Assembly (NCBI RefSeq): GCF_006345805.1
Contig: NC_042997.1
Location: forward strand, 74,586,001 to 74,650,000
Length of the DNA: 64,000 nucleotides
Direction: 5' to 3'
From: Octopus sinensis
Lineage: Eukaryota
This document shows, piece by piece, positions 1-14,920 of this stretch (its first letter is position 1; each line of letters begins with the position of its first letter). The translations under genes were made by a program, and so were the position numbers. The notes beneath the pieces are model-generated. The model did not search any database, was not told the DNA's origin, and was given only the letters and a program-made list of their open reading frames with translations.

Positions 1-650
1 AAGCTATTATAGTGTATAGTGATTCTATTCTCTATTAGTGACTTTATTCTCTTTATCTATTAAAGCTAAAATATATTCGTAGATTTCATTGATAAAATGT
101 ATATTTCCATCTGTTTGTTCTATTTCTGTTAATAACGTAATCTCACAAATGTTTATGTTTTCTGTTTTTAAATATTTTAGTTAATGACACGCTTTTTGAG
201 AGTTTATTATTAGTTTATAATTATTAAATGTGAACATAAATTTTAAGATATTAGTTAGTCACTTTGCGATATAGATTGTAAAAATTGTTTTTGATAATAG
301 TAATAATAAGTATTTCATAAAGATAGGTTATAAGTTTTTAATTTGAATTTTTCAATTCTTAAATTGTATTTCATAAATATTTTCTATAGATACCTATAAT
401 ATTTATGTAAGTAATAATGGACTAATATATTTTTGGTTATAAGTTTATGCTTATTGATAGATAAAATTTAGATTTTTAATTACTATATTTGTTGATTATA
501 ATTTAGATACTTATTTATATGTATTTATTATTTTATAATTATTATATGCAAACTAAAATCTAAAAATATTAATAGTGATTATTTTGTTAAATAATTTGGT
601 AATTAAATATTGTAGTATAACTGGGTTAGAGATATTCTATAGTTTATTAA
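1..650 (+). mobile_element. AT-rich dispersed repeat, probably a decayed Penelope-like element; same family as 44650-46850
   Basis: Shares blocks with 45420-46255, e.g. aaagctaaaatatatt...gataaaatgtatatttccatctgtttgttctatttct and aactaaaatctaa...ttggtaattaaatatt. Confidence 0.6.
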
Positions 651-704
651 AATATGTGCAAGTCAATTTGTAGACAGAAGCTAACAAGTGTGTGAGTGAG
701 ATAA

Positions 705-736
<32 letters not shown>

Positions 737-952
737 AGAAACAGACAGAGATTAAAGAGAAGAACCATTACGGAGGGTGAAAGAGAATATGTGTAAGCAA
801 GAGAAACAGAGAATGAGAAAAAGCATGGGAGCTCTGGGGAAAATGTTATAGTGCATGACCATCCTTGGCACATAAGTAATGTGTGTAAAGTTTGGTGAAA
901 ATTGGTTGAAAACTGTAGAAATGCATATGTAATACACACACAGACATCCTTG

Positions 953-953
<1 letters not shown>

Positions 954-1003
<50 letters not shown>

Positions 1004-1006
1004 TAG

Positions 1007-1051
<45 letters not shown>

Positions 1052-1052
1052 T
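954..1052. repeat. Compound microsatellite (TA)n + (GATA)n
   Basis: Seen directly. A (GA)n tract also lies at about 705-731. Confidence 0.95.
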
Positions 1053-2084
1053 CTCACTCAAAATTATCCAGAATGAGATTAAAGATGAGTTTAAAATTCA
1101 TTTTTTCAAGCTTATCCAAGTTGAGATCTTCACGAATATTATCAAAATGAAACACTTTCAAGCTCATTCTACAGATAAAATCATTAGTCCGATGAATGAG
1201 ACACATGTACTGATCCATGCTAGCAACAGGTATGTCCTTTAGAGAAATTCTAGCTTCATCTTTTCCATTGTATAAGTTGATTTACTAGAAGCATTGATAA
1301 AAATTAAGTTGGATGTTAAAAGAATTAGTTATGAGGATTCAATAGAATCTCGGTGAGTGGATTCAAGAGCACTATTCCTTTTAATTTTCCGTCTTTCAAG
1401 CAGCATTATGATAGCAACTTTATTCAGGCATGGAATAGTAGTTAATATTCTTTAATATCATCTTTTGAAAGCACATTATAGCATGCTTTCAAAAGCTTCT
1501 CTCTGGGTATTAGCTACCATATGATATATAGCAGGAATTTTCCTTTTATTGGTTATACAAGTGGAAATCCATTAATATCCACAGAATTCAACCAAGGGAA
1601 TTTTAATACAAGAAGATTGAATGAACAGGCTTTAATCCAAATCACAGCAATTGTTTCTGTGCATTAGTATCAGCTGGTAATTGCTGAGTCTTTCACATAT
1701 TATTCACATTATTGCATTAGATAAAAACAACAGACAACACATCAGACAAAAAGAATTACACAAGTTTCTACTGAGTAAACAACTAGAAATATGTAGAGAC
1801 AACAAATTCAAGAACTTCTCCTCCTCCAAATGCTCAAGGGATGACACTAAGTACCAGAAGATAATGGAACTGCATTTTATCAAAAAATTCTTACCTAAAC
1901 TAAACATATATTAAAAAAATCATGTAACTAGATTCTGAAAAATTGAGCAGTATTTATACCAAAGATATTATAGGTGGACACACACTGAAACTGGACAAGT
2001 TATGGACATTATTTTGTACAGTTAAATCGTACAGGTACTGTATCTAATTAACTTTTGCAGAAAATATGGTTGGAGTTACACATA

Positions 2085-2352
2085 GTTTGGCATTCTGTTA
2101 GTTACGCTGATGAGGGTTCCAGTTGATTCAATCAAAGCCCTTAACATAGTTCTCAGAGATATTCAACATGACATAGAATGTAACAAGGCTGGCCCTTTGA
2201 AATACAGGTACTACACATTTTTGCCAGCTGATAAACTGGAGCAACAGGAAATAAAATGTCTTGCTCAAGGATATAACATACCACCAGGAATCAAATTCAG
2301 AATCTAACAATCATGAACCAAATACTCTAACCACTAAGCCCCGCACTTTCAC
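2085..2352 (-). mobile_element. Decayed tRNA-derived SINE; related copy at about 2930-3215
   Basis: Minus-strand head gtgaaagtgcggggcttagtggttagag (A-box-like) followed by ccttgagcaag. The same layout appears at 3115-3215. Confidence 0.55.
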
Positions 2353-5300
2353 ACACATGGTTTATAAATGAAATAATCAAATGCAAGTACCTGGATACTC
2401 ACATTTGACCCTCTCCAAGTGTAACATTCTTGTGTGAGATTAATCAACATTTGAGTGAGTGTATAGTAACATTTAAAATCTTTTGGGATCTTTTGGATTT
2501 CTTTCATATCTTATAATTGTGACTGCATTCATTCTTGCTTAAATCTATTATGAATCACTTTTTCAATCCTATGTGCATATATGTATACATGTGCATATAA
2601 ATATACATGTATAATGTGTATATATAACATATATATGTATAATGTGTATATATAACATATATATGTGTGTGTGGCTGTGTGGATGGATGTGTGTGTGTGC
2701 ATAAATTGTATTATATACTGTGTATATTATGTGTATATGTGAATGTATGTGTATATTTACGTACATGTGAATATGTATGAGAGAGAGAGAGAGGAGGGGT
2801 GCCTTTAAAACAATAACTAAAATATAATTGACAATTGACATCTTGAATTGTTGCTATCTTCAAACAGCTTTGTTGCAACTGATCATATAATACAATACAA
2901 ACCATCTCAGAAATATATCACTGAATCAACCAAACTATCAGATGTTATTACACACTGCTGGTCACAGTGAGCTTTCCTGGCATTGTAGTAACTTTTGAAT
3001 GATGCCAACTCACTGGCTAGGTGAGCAGGTCACATTTCCCCTAGACAGAATGCCAATCATACACTGGGTTACCCATTAACATCTGAGTGGACTGGTGTAA
3101 TATGAAATGAAAATTTTTGCTCAAGGACACAATACATTTCTGGTCTGGGAATTAAAACCATGATCACAAGATCATGGGTTCCACATCCTAACCACTAGGT
3201 TACACACACCTTCACACATATACATGCATATATACTGTAAAATGTGTGTTCAGAGATGGCACAGAATTTTACAGGTAAAATGATAAACAAATGACAAATA
3301 ACCCTTCATTAGTCATTGGTTGCATAGCACAGTAATGAAAACTTCCATTTATAGCATAGAACAAATAAAATACAAAAATTGAGCAAAGGCTGGAAAAATA
3401 TGTATAAAAGGCTGGTAATGGAAAAAATACAAAACAAAATGATTTAAGACAAGTTGTGCTAAGAATGGAAAGTAAAGAAGTGAACATAGGAACAAAAGTT
3501 TCCTTAGCATAACACAAGTGCAATGCAGCAATAGCTAGTCAAAATTAGACAGTGTAGGTATCACTATTGATGAACTGATTACTAAGTAAACATATTTACA
3601 TGAAAAACTGCACTAAATTGAGCTACATAAGTCTTCTAGAAGATTCCATACTAAGGATCTTCTTACTGAGAATGTTGTTTACTCCTTCTCATTGGAGAAC
3701 AATGTCTAAATTTTACCTAGTAGGTATTCTTATGCATGTAAATTTTGTTTTACTTTAAGAAATATTGGTAAAATTTTGCCCCCAAAAAATTATATCGTGC
3801 AATGAATATTGTTTTGTAGACCATTAATATCCAATGGGATAGGTTTTTTTCCCCAATTTTGAATCCAGTCAGATAATTTGTGGTAGTATTTACATATTTA
3901 TTTTAGGTTTTTTTCTTCTCTCTCATCAACTAAAGAATTTGCTCTAAGTTATAGCAATCTCATTTATGCTTTTAATGCTTAAGCAAGAAATCAGTTTTCC
4001 CATTTTGTTTGTTTTTTTAATCTAGGTCTACATGCAGTCCTGAGCAAGGAATGAGGTGGCCATGAGATGTGCTAGAAACAATAGCTATATATCCCTTAAA
4101 TCACACACTGTTTTGTTTGAAAATATTCTCATTTGTTTATAATTTTTTTTTTTACTAAAAAGGCTCCCCCAATCATTTTTAAGTGTGCAGTGCAAAAAAA
4201 AAAAGGCCAATATTGATCACGACATAAATTTTCAAAAATTTTTTCATAAAAAGGTTCCCCATTTGTCATTTCCAAGACAGAGTGGGAAAAAAATTGGAAA
4301 AATCCTTGTCAAAATGGAGAAAATCCAGCATATGTGGGCATCCTGATTAGAAACTCTGCCATTTACAGCCATTTTTAATAGTCCATTAAAATTGTATTGA
4401 AATGATATCATGTCCCAAAATCTCAGGACTTATTTAGTTCTTTACCTATCACAAATGTGCCAAACCTCATGTCCATGTGGCTTGTACTTTTGGATTTAGC
4501 TATGTCTGAAAACACTGCAAAATTGACAGTTTGTTATATGCAACGGAATAAGCTTTACAAGAATATCTTTAAAAATTACCAAAAGAAAGTTTCATTTTCA
4601 AGAACCTGAAAAAAAAAGCTATTACTACCCCATGAACACTATTAATTTGTGTAATTTGAATATGATTATCAACTCAGTTCCAAAGATATGACATCACAAA
4701 TATGGCTAATTATTCATTTAGGCCAATTAGGCAGAATTTTGGCCAATTCGCTGACCATTTAAAATGGTCATATTTTCTAAAATAGTCATGCAAAACTTCA
4801 CAAGTGAGGTATCAAAATGTATCTTTTTGGATGCTCTTCACGAAAAAATACAGTAGAAATTACATTTAAATGCTTTCAAAAATTCATAGTGATACATATA
4901 TAACAATAGCAATATTGAGCACAGACCCAATGCAAAGTTAGCAACAGACAATGAACTGAACTGGTTGCTCAACACTCACTTCTCAATCATCTATGCTCTT
5001 CTCCAAATAATATCGAAAAAAATACAATTTGTAAATGAGACAAATACTTTTAAGAACTTTAAGCAATACAGGTGAGAAGTTAGGCAAAATGTGTATGAAG
5101 ATGCCTGGTGCTATGTAAAAAGCACCTTGGAAAGTGGTTTCCATTGGGAAGGGCATGTAGCCATAGAGACTATGCCAAAGCAGACAGTAGAGCTTGGTGC
5201 AGTCTTCTGACTTACCAGCCCCTGTCAAGCAGTCCAGCCTATACCATTATGGAAGGAGGATGTTAAATGATGAGGATGATGATAATGACGATGACAAATA

Positions 5301-5621
5301 TGAAAGACATGATACTGCATCATCTTACATAGATTTAATGTTTTCTACATCAGAATAGCCTACTAGTAGTAACACTTTTGCTCCAAACATTCTTGCTATT
5401 TTGTATCTGATAAAAGGCAGATTTTCTTAAATCACCTATGTGCAAGTGTGATACAATACTGTGTCTGTCTTTATTCATTAAATGTTTTGCCTGATTTCTC
5501 ATCTGCATTGCTTAAAAGTCTTCTTAAAATTATTAACATCATTTACACACTACAATGCTTCAAGCAAATTGCAGTATATTTTTTTAGTACACTTTGTAGT
5601 TTTCCTTTAAGTAAAACTTAC

Positions 5622-5884
5622 CTGAATAAGGCTTTGAGGTTTTCAGGTAGTTCAGTTCGTCCAGCATATCCTGGATTCATTGTAATGAAGATTCCAACAG
5701 AATGAGTAATTTTGATCTTTTCTCCCATGAAATTAAACTCTTTCTTCTTATCTTTGATGGCATCTTGGATAGTCTTGACTTGTACAGCTACGACTGACAA
5801 AACTTCCACAGAGATCCGATTAAATTCATCAAAACAGCCCCATGCACCAGATTGTGCTAATCCTTTGTAGATATTTCCCACTGA
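5622..5884 (-). CDS. DNAH9/11/17: Dynein heavy chain exon carrying AAA1 Walker B and sensor I
   Basis: Encodes [37 protein letters not shown]...[21 protein letters not shown](R). Acceptor ctttag, donor gtaagt, 263 nt. The gene continues beyond position 1. Confidence 0.96.
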
Positions 5885-6068
5885 CTAAAGAAAAGACATT
5901 TGTTTGTCAACAGAGTGCACTCAACAGAAGTTTTCAAATTAAATTCAAAAGCAAATTATTTGGCCTTAAAGAAGGTATATATTTGTTAATATTGTAGCAT
6001 GCAGCCATTCGAATAGTGGCGCCAATTTCTGACAGCTAGTAATATGACATAATGTCATATTGCTGAGG

Positions 6069-6380
6069 AAATATGATTGTCGTTTTCTCATTGGTTGAAA
6101 TAACTGCTCATATAGGAATTCTGAAAATTAGTGAAAGAATATTTTTATGCAATTTCAATTCTTTAAAGTCAAGTTGAGCAGTAATAAACACCCTGGAGGG
6201 AGTGTCGTGGAGTTTAGTAACATCCCACAAACACTAAAGTTTTCCCCCAAATCCAGGGCTTTTATAACTGCTCGACTTGACTTTAAAGAATTGAAATTTC
6301 ATAAAAATATTCTTTCACTAATTTTCAGAATTCCTATATGAGCAGTTATTTCAACCAATGGGAAAATGATAATCATATTT
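6069..6380. repeat. Foldback/MITE-like inverted repeat, arms about 130 bp
   Basis: 6069-6197 is the near-exact reverse complement of 6252-6380. Confidence 0.85.
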
Positions 6381-7220
6381 ACTGACAAAGGAAGTCACCT
6401 ACGGCAGATGACAGGTAAAACATGATAGTAAGTATTAAGGTTAGGGATGTATTATTTTGCAATTCCACCTCATCATTTAACGGCTACTTTCCATGATGGT
6501 ATGATTTAGATGGTTTGACAGGATCTGGCAAGTCATGTTGAAGTTCAGGGTTTACTTTAGTCTATCTTTTATGACTAGATGTTCTTCCTAATGCTAACCA
6601 CTTTACAGAGTGTACTGGCTGCTTTTTCATGCCACCCCTTCTAGTGAGGTTGTTTAGTAACTTGCATGACAAAATAATAAAAACAAGAAAGAAAATAGGA
6701 AAAAGTAAAAACCTTTTTGATTAAATAGAGAGGCTAGAAATTGAGAGGGAGAGGAGGAGATGGTTCTGTGCCATGTGTTGAGAGGTTAAAATGTGATGGA
6801 GGGACAAACCCAGATGTCTTGCTATAGTAGAGATACACAGTTACCCCACATTATATAAGGGTGGAAAGAAAGAAGAGAAAAATGGTGGTGGAATGCCATA
6901 GCATCTTAGGATACAAGAAGGCAGGTATAGATAGTGGATTGGAGTGTTAGAGATAGGGTCATAAGTGAGTGTAGCAAGAGATGAACAAGGGTAGTTGTGC
7001 AGTTGATGGAAAATACCAGTATGGAGAGAGGTGAGGTGAGAGATATATCTTGGGAAGAGAAATAGGTAAGAAAGTAACTGAATGATGTACAAGGTGCAGG
7101 AGTAGTGGGGAGAGAGATATAGAGGTACATAAGTAAACTACAATAAGTGAGTTGTGATGGTAGATATGAAAAGACATTGTGAATGATAGTAATCGAAAAA
7201 AGAGTTAAGAATGGAGTATA

Positions 7221-7270
<50 letters not shown>

Positions 7271-7711
7271 AGTGGCTGAAGGCACAGAAAGAAAGTGATT
7301 GGTAGAAATAGTGTGGCATGAGAAATGGAAGTGGTTCCAGGAGTAAGGAGGAAAGAAGGAAAGAGATTAATCAGAAGGAAGGGAAAGTAATATGTGCAGA
7401 TTCTGCTTTCAGGTGATTACCACAGTAATAAAGGAGAGATAAATGTAAAGGGATGAGAATTGGGAAAAATGCTTGAAGGGGCTGAGAGAAGGCAGGGCCC
7501 CATATGTACAAGTGTAACCTGGGTGATTTAAGGATATTATTTTTGATGTGATGGATAGATCTTAAGCAGAGCAAATTACTAATCATCTTGGTCCTTTGTC
7601 AACTTCTCTGAAAGGCTCAGCATCTTGAGATCAGCTCTCACTACTTTGTTCCATGTTTTCCTGGGTCGCCCTCTTCCACAGATTTCATTCACTTTAATTG
7701 ATCAGCACTTC

Positions 7712-10700
7712 ATTTTTTATATCCTTGACACACATTGGATATATAAATAAATGAAACGGAGGTTTCACGAGACTACCAAACACTCTCTACTCAACTACAA
7801 CCAACTTCTACTCTTTATAAGAGTTCGGCTAGTCCATTCTTCCAGTCCCCCAAGGGTGTCAATGACTCACCACAATATCTTCCCCTTTGAGACTGACTTC
7901 CGTTGGAAATTAATATTATCATTTTTATTTCTTTTTCTTTCATCACATCTCCCTTTTTAAGATTTTCCTCCTAGGGAAGTTAAATATTTCTTATGTTTAG
8001 GCACTACTTTCAACCATTCTATTTGTTTCCTCTTTCTTGCGCTGCTACAACTAGGTTTGATTTCTTGTGACGTTGGAACATTAAAGGTGTCATAGAACAC
8101 TTCCATAGGTATCTCTTCTTTTTTCCATATATTTTTTAGCTGGTTTAAATGCCTTTTGTGATCCCATTTTTCACCTCTTAACATATATGTCATTTTGCCT
8201 ATTCTTTTTGTTACTACTTCATCTTTCCAACCTTGTCTTCTATTTTCATATATTTTGAACACCTTGTCACTGATATTAAAAAACTTTGTCATATTTTTAG
8301 TGTTTTCCCTATTTGCTTTTCTTACTGGAAGCTTGTCAAAACCCTCAAGAATTGACTAGCACATTTCTTGATTTCTTTAATGCTCTTTTAAATGTATCCA
8401 CAAAACTTTCTGCTTGTCCATTAGATCTTGGGTGATACAGTGGAGTAGAAATATGTTCAATTTAGTACATCTTGCAAAAATTCTTAAATTCATTCGCTGT
8501 GAATTGTGTACTGATATTGGAGACTATGGTTTCTGGGACACTACACCTAGTAAAAAGTTCATGTAGAAATTTGACTGTTACCGTGGATGTCAGTTTGCTA
8601 CATTCACCCATTTCTGGCCACTTTGTATAGCTATCTATCACTATTAGATAATATGATCGATTTAATGATTCTGTGAAGTCTATGTGTAGTCTGGACCATG
8701 GCATATCGGTCTTGGGCCAAGGCTGAAATTTTATAGATGGTAATTTCACAGGATTTTACCAATTTCTTGATAACTAGATCCATTTTTGGCCAGTAAACGT
8801 AACTCCTCATAAGTGACTTCATCCTAGAAATTCCTGGATATCCAGTGTGGAATTCCTTTAACATTTGAGGTAGGCATTATGACCCTCTGTGCATACATAA
8901 GCAGATTACCACATACTAAATGCAAATTTGAAACTGTATTACATTCAGCTACACATATTTTTGTATTTGTTTCTTCTGATCTCACTAATTTTTTATTTCT
9001 ATAATAAATTTGTCCGTCTCTGCCTTAATTTTTATTTCCTCCAATGTCACAGGCATTTCACGTACAACATTGCACAATATATTTTTATTTCATTTTCGGC
9101 TTTTAACTGCTATCACTGTGTCTTCTAGTGGTTCACTGTATTTTGGTATTAGTCTTGATAAATCATCTGCATGTCCCAATTTTTTCGATGGTAAATACTC
9201 CATCTTGAAGTCGTAATTCAGTAGGATTGTTCCTGTTGGATACCCTTTTTTGATCCATAGATCGACAATAATGGGCAGTGGTCTGTCAGCAGACAGAACC
9301 TTTTTCCATGTATAAGTTTATGGAATTTTTTTACTGCAAATATGATAGCTAATGCCTCCTTTTCTATTTGAAAGTAACTTTTCTCAGTCGGCAATAATGA
9401 GTGCAAAGCATGAGCTACTGTTTCCAGGTTACCATCTTCATATTTGTGTAAAATCACAGCTCCAATACCATTTTCACTAGCATCTGCTGCCACTACTATT
9501 TCTAAATTTGGGTCAAAATGTTATGACAATTCCAACGTTAAGACGTTTTTTAAAATTAAAAACGTCTTCAAAAGCTTTTTGGCATTTGTTCAACCAGTTT
9601 CACTTAACATCTTTTTTTAACATGTTATTCAGGAGTGCTCTTAAATTGTGTGTATTCGGTATGTATACGTGGTAGTAATTTGCAAGCCCCAAAAATGCTT
9701 GTAACATAATGTTTGTTGGCAGAGGCATATGTTTACTGTACTTGCTCTAGACAGGTCTGGTCTGCATCCATTTTCATCAATTATCTGCCCTAGATATTTT
9801 ATTCCCGGCATAAAAAATTCATGCTTTTTCTTGCTGAGCTTAAAACCATATTCTTTTATTCTTTCGAAGACCTTTTTAACATACTCAGCATGCTGACTTT
9901 GAGATTCACCTTTTATGAATATGTTGTCAAGGTAGGCATAATGCCCATAATTTGTTGGAAAATGTCAGGTGCTACCTTTATACTGAAGTGGGGTCAATTA
10001 AATTTATACAACCCTTTATGGGTATTTATTGTCAATAATTTTGAACATTTCTCATCAACCTTCACCTGCAAATATGCTTCAGATAGGTCCAATTTTGAAA
10101 TAAATTTTCTTCTTTTCAACTTTGTGGAAATTTCTTCCAGACTTGGCAATGGGTAATTATATGGCATCAAACATTTTTTTAATCCCATTGAGGAATCAGT
10201 GCATACTTGGATTTTATTATTTTTTGTCTTGACACAAACTGTTGGGGATGCCCATTTTGTGTCATCAATTTTTTCAATAATGCCAAGCTTTACAAGTCTA
10301 TTCAATTCTTCATTGACTTGTTTCAATGCTGCAAAAGGTGCTGCTCTTTTTGGTTTAAATACCAGTATCACATTTTCTTTCATTTTGAAACATCACTTCT
10401 GTTTTGGTGCAAAGACTCAATTTCTCAGAAAAAAACTTCAGGAAAAGTTTTTTTTAAATTCTTAAATCCTCTGACGCCTTATTTGTACTGGCGGAAGAAC
10501 CATTCACATTCTTACAAAAAATATTTATGAGAAGGTCCCATAAGTTAAATAGTTCCATCCAGTCTGTTCCAAATAAATTTGTCATATTTTTCAACACAAT
10601 TGGCTTTCAAGGTTTTTTCACAAAACCTAGCATCACTTATCATTTTGCCCATAAGATGCAATTTTTTTCCTGAAGCACCTCGAGCAAATTTTGAAGTTTC

Positions 10701-11907
10701 CTTTAATCTATTTTTCTCCATGTATCTGTATTAATTATCGTGATATCACTGCTTGTATCTAATTGTAACTTGATATTCACATTATTCATTTTTATGGACC
10801 CTTTTTTTGTTTTGCTATGCAATGTGAAATTTTATGTCCAGTTTTTCTATAATGAAAACATTTACAATTTTTAAAGGACCATTACTTTCAAAATGTAAAC
10901 CTCCACATCCATAGCATGGATTTGGTCTTGATGTTCGTTTTTCTTTTTTCTGATCTTGTTTCAAGTCGAGAGCAATCTTTTTCTTCAATTTTATCTGTGT
11001 CATGACTTAGATTTATAATCTCCTGGCATTTTTCAGCCATTACCTGTCGAGTTAATTTTTGGTCCTGTTCTAATTTTGTTAATATATGGGAATGTATATT
11101 TTCTTGCTGTTAACTCTTGAACAAAAATTAGACAGTTAAACAAATCTGGGGTCCATTCATTTGAATTTTTCACACTCTCTATCAATGACCCCAGCATAGG
11201 TTACGAAATCTTCATCATCACTTTTTAAATAAATTTAAACATTGCCAATGAATATTGAATAGGGAACTTCTTTCACAGAAAATTCTTGATAATAATTGTT
11301 TCATTGAAACAAATCTCACCAGAATATAGTTACAGTATTTTTCATGTTCAGCAGGGGATAACTTTCTTAAAAGTAGTTGCACCTTCTTCTTGTCATTCTA
11401 ATTTTTACATTCTTCCTTGAAGATTTCTTTGTATCTTCTAAAATATGCAGAAAAAGTAGTACCTTCTGGGTTATAAATAAATTCTCCAATTGAATTTGCT
11501 ACACTATCTATCTGATGAGAATGAACCTGAAGTATTTTCAGACTCCTTCAACATTACTTCCAGTAAGTGTTGGGCATTTTGTTGTTGCTGTTGTAGTTGT
11601 TGTTGTAACTGTTGTTGTTGCTGTTGCAACTGCACCATCCATGCAAGCCAACAAGTCTTCCATGTTAATGAATTTTTCTTTGGTTTCATACCAAAAAAAA
11701 TTTAAACATCCAATGCAAGCTTTGAATATTTTGTCGCCACTTTTATATCCTTGACACACATTGGATATATAAATAAATAAAGCGGTGGTTTAATCAATGT
11801 ATTCACATGGTGTACTTCATGAGACTAGCAAACACACTCTATTCGACTACTACCAACCTCTACTCTTTATAAGAGTTCAGCTAGTCCATTCTTCCAATCC
11901 CCCAACA
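7712..11907 (-). mobile_element. Degenerate Ty3/Gypsy LTR retrotransposon (gag-PR-RT-RH-IN) inserted into an RTE fragment
   Basis: Direct repeats at about 7712-7852 and 11741-11905. PBS-like TGGCGAC at 11739-11733. PPT aaaaagggaga before TG at 7947. Fragments of a zinc knuckle (CYGCGGLH), protease (LQLDTS), RT (WASPTV..SKLDLSEAYLQ), RNase H (ADASENGIGAV) and integrase (PWSRLHIDF), with many stops and frameshifts. Confidence 0.9.
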
Positions 11908-12421
11908 TTTTTATACAGCTGTCCTCTTCCATATGCATCATATGACCAAATGAGTGCAGTCCTCTTTTTTGCACACTACATCTGATTCCTCTTATGCCTA
12001 ACTCGTTTCTTAGTACATTAGCACATTGACATTTTCATTTTAATGCATCATACTAGCATTAAAATGAAAATGATAATAAATAAGCATACATACACACACG
12101 CACACACATACACATAATTTAATATGAGAAATTATTTCTAGCCTTGCTCTCAAATAATTTCAAAGTTAACAACTGAGGGATTGTGATCTTGGGCAAAGTT
12201 TGTCTACTTTAGATTCAGTGCATTTGGTACCATGTATGTTCTCTTAGTAAGACTGATCTTAACAGAGATTAAAAGAGACACTACTAGGTCTATTCTGAGA
12301 ATCTCCAGTTGTCTGACTAATATGTCCGGCATGGGATATAAGCTGGAAATTATTTTAGAGTAATGATGGAAATAGTGTTATGAAAAAGATATAATAAATA
12401 AAATATTTAGCAATTAATAAT

Positions 12422-13470
12422 GTGTTATTCTATCTATCTAGGAAGGATATTATCCATTTAATGAAAAACCTCGGACTTAGTAGAACTATAGATACCAACC
12501 TGACAGTTGTCAATTTCCTAGATGTTTCCTTAGATCTAAATAAGAACATTTATAAGCCTTATAGGAAGTCCAATGGTAAACTTAGTTATATTAATGTAGG
12601 TTCATGCCATCTCCCTATAGTATTTAAAAATTTAGTTCAAAACATTAGGAAGAGAATTTCTAGCCTCTCCTCCGATAAGGACATTTTTAATAGTGTTGCC
12701 CCAGTATATAATAAGGCTCTAAAAGATAGTGGTTTTAGCAAAAAAATAACCTATACACCTGTTACTAGCCCAACAATAAAGAAGAGGAGAAATAGAAATA
12801 GGAAGATCATCTGCTTCACACCTCCCTACTCACCCGAGGTGACCTTCAATATAGGTAAATATTTCTTAGCACTGATAGATAGACATTTTCCAGTTAACCA
12901 TACTTACAGGAAGCTCTTCAATAAACACAACTTAAAAATTAGTTTCAGCTCAACTACCAATTTTAAAAACATAATCGCACACAACACACAAAAACCAAAA
13001 TAGGAAAACAGCTGTTCAAGCAGGAATAAAAAAATTGTGCCCACTAAATGGAGCTTGCATGTCCGAGACCATCAATTATGAAGCTACCATGGACTCTATA
13101 CCCACTAAAGACACCGTTTCGATGAAGAAATACGTGGGCCTTACAGTGGGTAATTTCAAGGTCAGGTTCAATAACCACACCTTGAGTTTTAGACACTGAG
13201 ACAAAAGGAAAGCGACAAAATTATCCAATCATATATGGTCATTAAAAGATAAAGGTGTCAGTTACAACATCCATTGGAAGATTTTAGCTGAATGTAAACC
13301 CTACACCAATGGTGGCGGAAAGTGCAATCTATGCGACATGGAAAGATGGCTTATCTGGAAAAGCAGCTTAGACCCTGCTACATGTCTAAACTCAAGGACA
13401 GAACTTTTCGGATGATGCCCACACGTAACCAAATTTTTGTTACGTTTTTGGTCCCGCCAATACTACAGAT
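12422..13470 (+). mobile_element. Penelope-like element, 5'-truncated (end of RT plus GIY-YIG endonuclease), Naiad-like
   Basis: Motifs VNFLDVSLDL..YKPYRK, FTPPYS, CPLNGAC..INYEA..YVGLT..FKVRFNNH, LSNHIW, KCNLC. Interrupted by stops. Confidence 0.8.
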
Positions 13471-14059
13471 AGAACTTGCTTTCTATATTATGTCCACGCA
13501 CAAATTTTTAACATTATACCTTTTACTCTTATTTTTTCATATATTTTTATATATAGAGATTTTCGTTTATAGATATATTATTTTTTTACACATAATAATT
13601 TTTTCTGTACTCTACCTTCCACCTTGCATTTTTCCTTGTGCCTATATAGACATTTATATGGATTCATTTCTACACTTGTGTGGTTGTGTACAAGTGTGCG
13701 GGTATGTATGTATATAGATGTGTGCGGGTGTGTGGGCATAAGAGTACATATATGTATAGACGTTTTTACTCAGTATTTTTACTTGGGGGGGGGGCGTATG
13801 TATAATCCTTTTTGTGCATGCGTGTGTGTGTATGCGTATATAGATGTGTGCAGGTATGTATATATATATGGGCATGTGTGTGCATGCGTGCATATATGAA
13901 CTTGGTTTACTCTTTGTATACTTCCTTATGCCTTTTTTCTGTATTGTTACCCTTAATCCTGTTGTTCTTTGTGCTTGTGCGGATGTAGACATATGAACTT
14001 TTATGCTGCATGTGTGTGTGGGGGGGGGTTCTATATATATGCATATATATTTGGCGAAA

Positions 14060-14920
14060 GATGCGAGTTACTTCCCAGGCTAAATATATCTGCCTCCTAG
14101 CTTCCCTTCTGGCTATCTGAGGAAATTCCCTGCTACCCTCACACTTCCAGTCCTTCCAAGCTTGTTTCTTTGTTTGCAGCATCATTCTATCACCATGCCA
14201 CTCTCAGTCTGGATGGGACTTTGCACCAGTGGAAGATTTAGTCTGTGGCACTCAGCCAGCTGTTCTGTAGGAATTCCCAGTTGTACCTCTATGTTACAAA
14301 TCTGTAGTTCTTCCTCCTTCTTTTCAAATTTCTTAATTAGGATGTCCCTAAATCTCTGACCATACAGAGGATCTTTAAGCTTCCAGATCCTTGTTTTCCA
14401 GATTGGTCTTCTTGGCACCCTTTTGGCCTGAAGTCTAAAGTCATTAATGACTAGTTTATGCTGGGGGGTACATTCTTCACCAGGGAAGGTCTTTGCATTT
14501 ATGTATCTCACTGTCTGGTGAGAATGTAATTAATCTTACTAGCATGGTCACACAACTGATAAGTTATTAGGTAGCTGTCTAGCTTTCTGATATTGGTATT
14601 GCAAATCAATAAGTTATTTACATCACAGATCTCCAGTAGTCTTGTTCCTTCTTTCAAAAACCAATTCCATGGCCCCCATGTACACAATTGAAGATACCTA
14701 GCTGCTGTTCAACATGTTCATTGAAATCACCATCCACAAAGATGAGATCATTGTTATTCGTCTTTGAGGTAGCCTGCTGAAAGATATCATAGAAGCAGTC
14801 CTTTTGTTCATTTGGTAGACCCACTTGAGGGGCAAAGGTAGAGATAATTGTTGCTGTACTACTCTGCAAAACAAACCTGAGCTTAAGAACTCTATCACAT
14901 ACTCTGGCTACCTTAGGAAA
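14060..14920 (-). mobile_element. RTE LINE fragment (APE endonuclease region)
   Basis: Homologous to 54800-55680 (AKTFPGEECTPQHKLV, GDFN). Confidence 0.85.

Noticed and set aside
2100-2140. CTGATGA motif
   Set aside because: No GAAA and stems in register. It appears to be part of a decayed SINE end.
11504-11689. Poly-Q ORF as a host gene
   Set aside because: It is the gag N-terminus of the Gypsy element, directly after the PBS.
13195-13420. In-frame TGA codons in the Naiad-like element as possible selenocysteine
   Set aside because: They fall at non-Cys positions (FRH*DK, LFG*CPH) and are best explained by CGA-to-TGA decay. The copy has other lesions and no SECIS was recognised.
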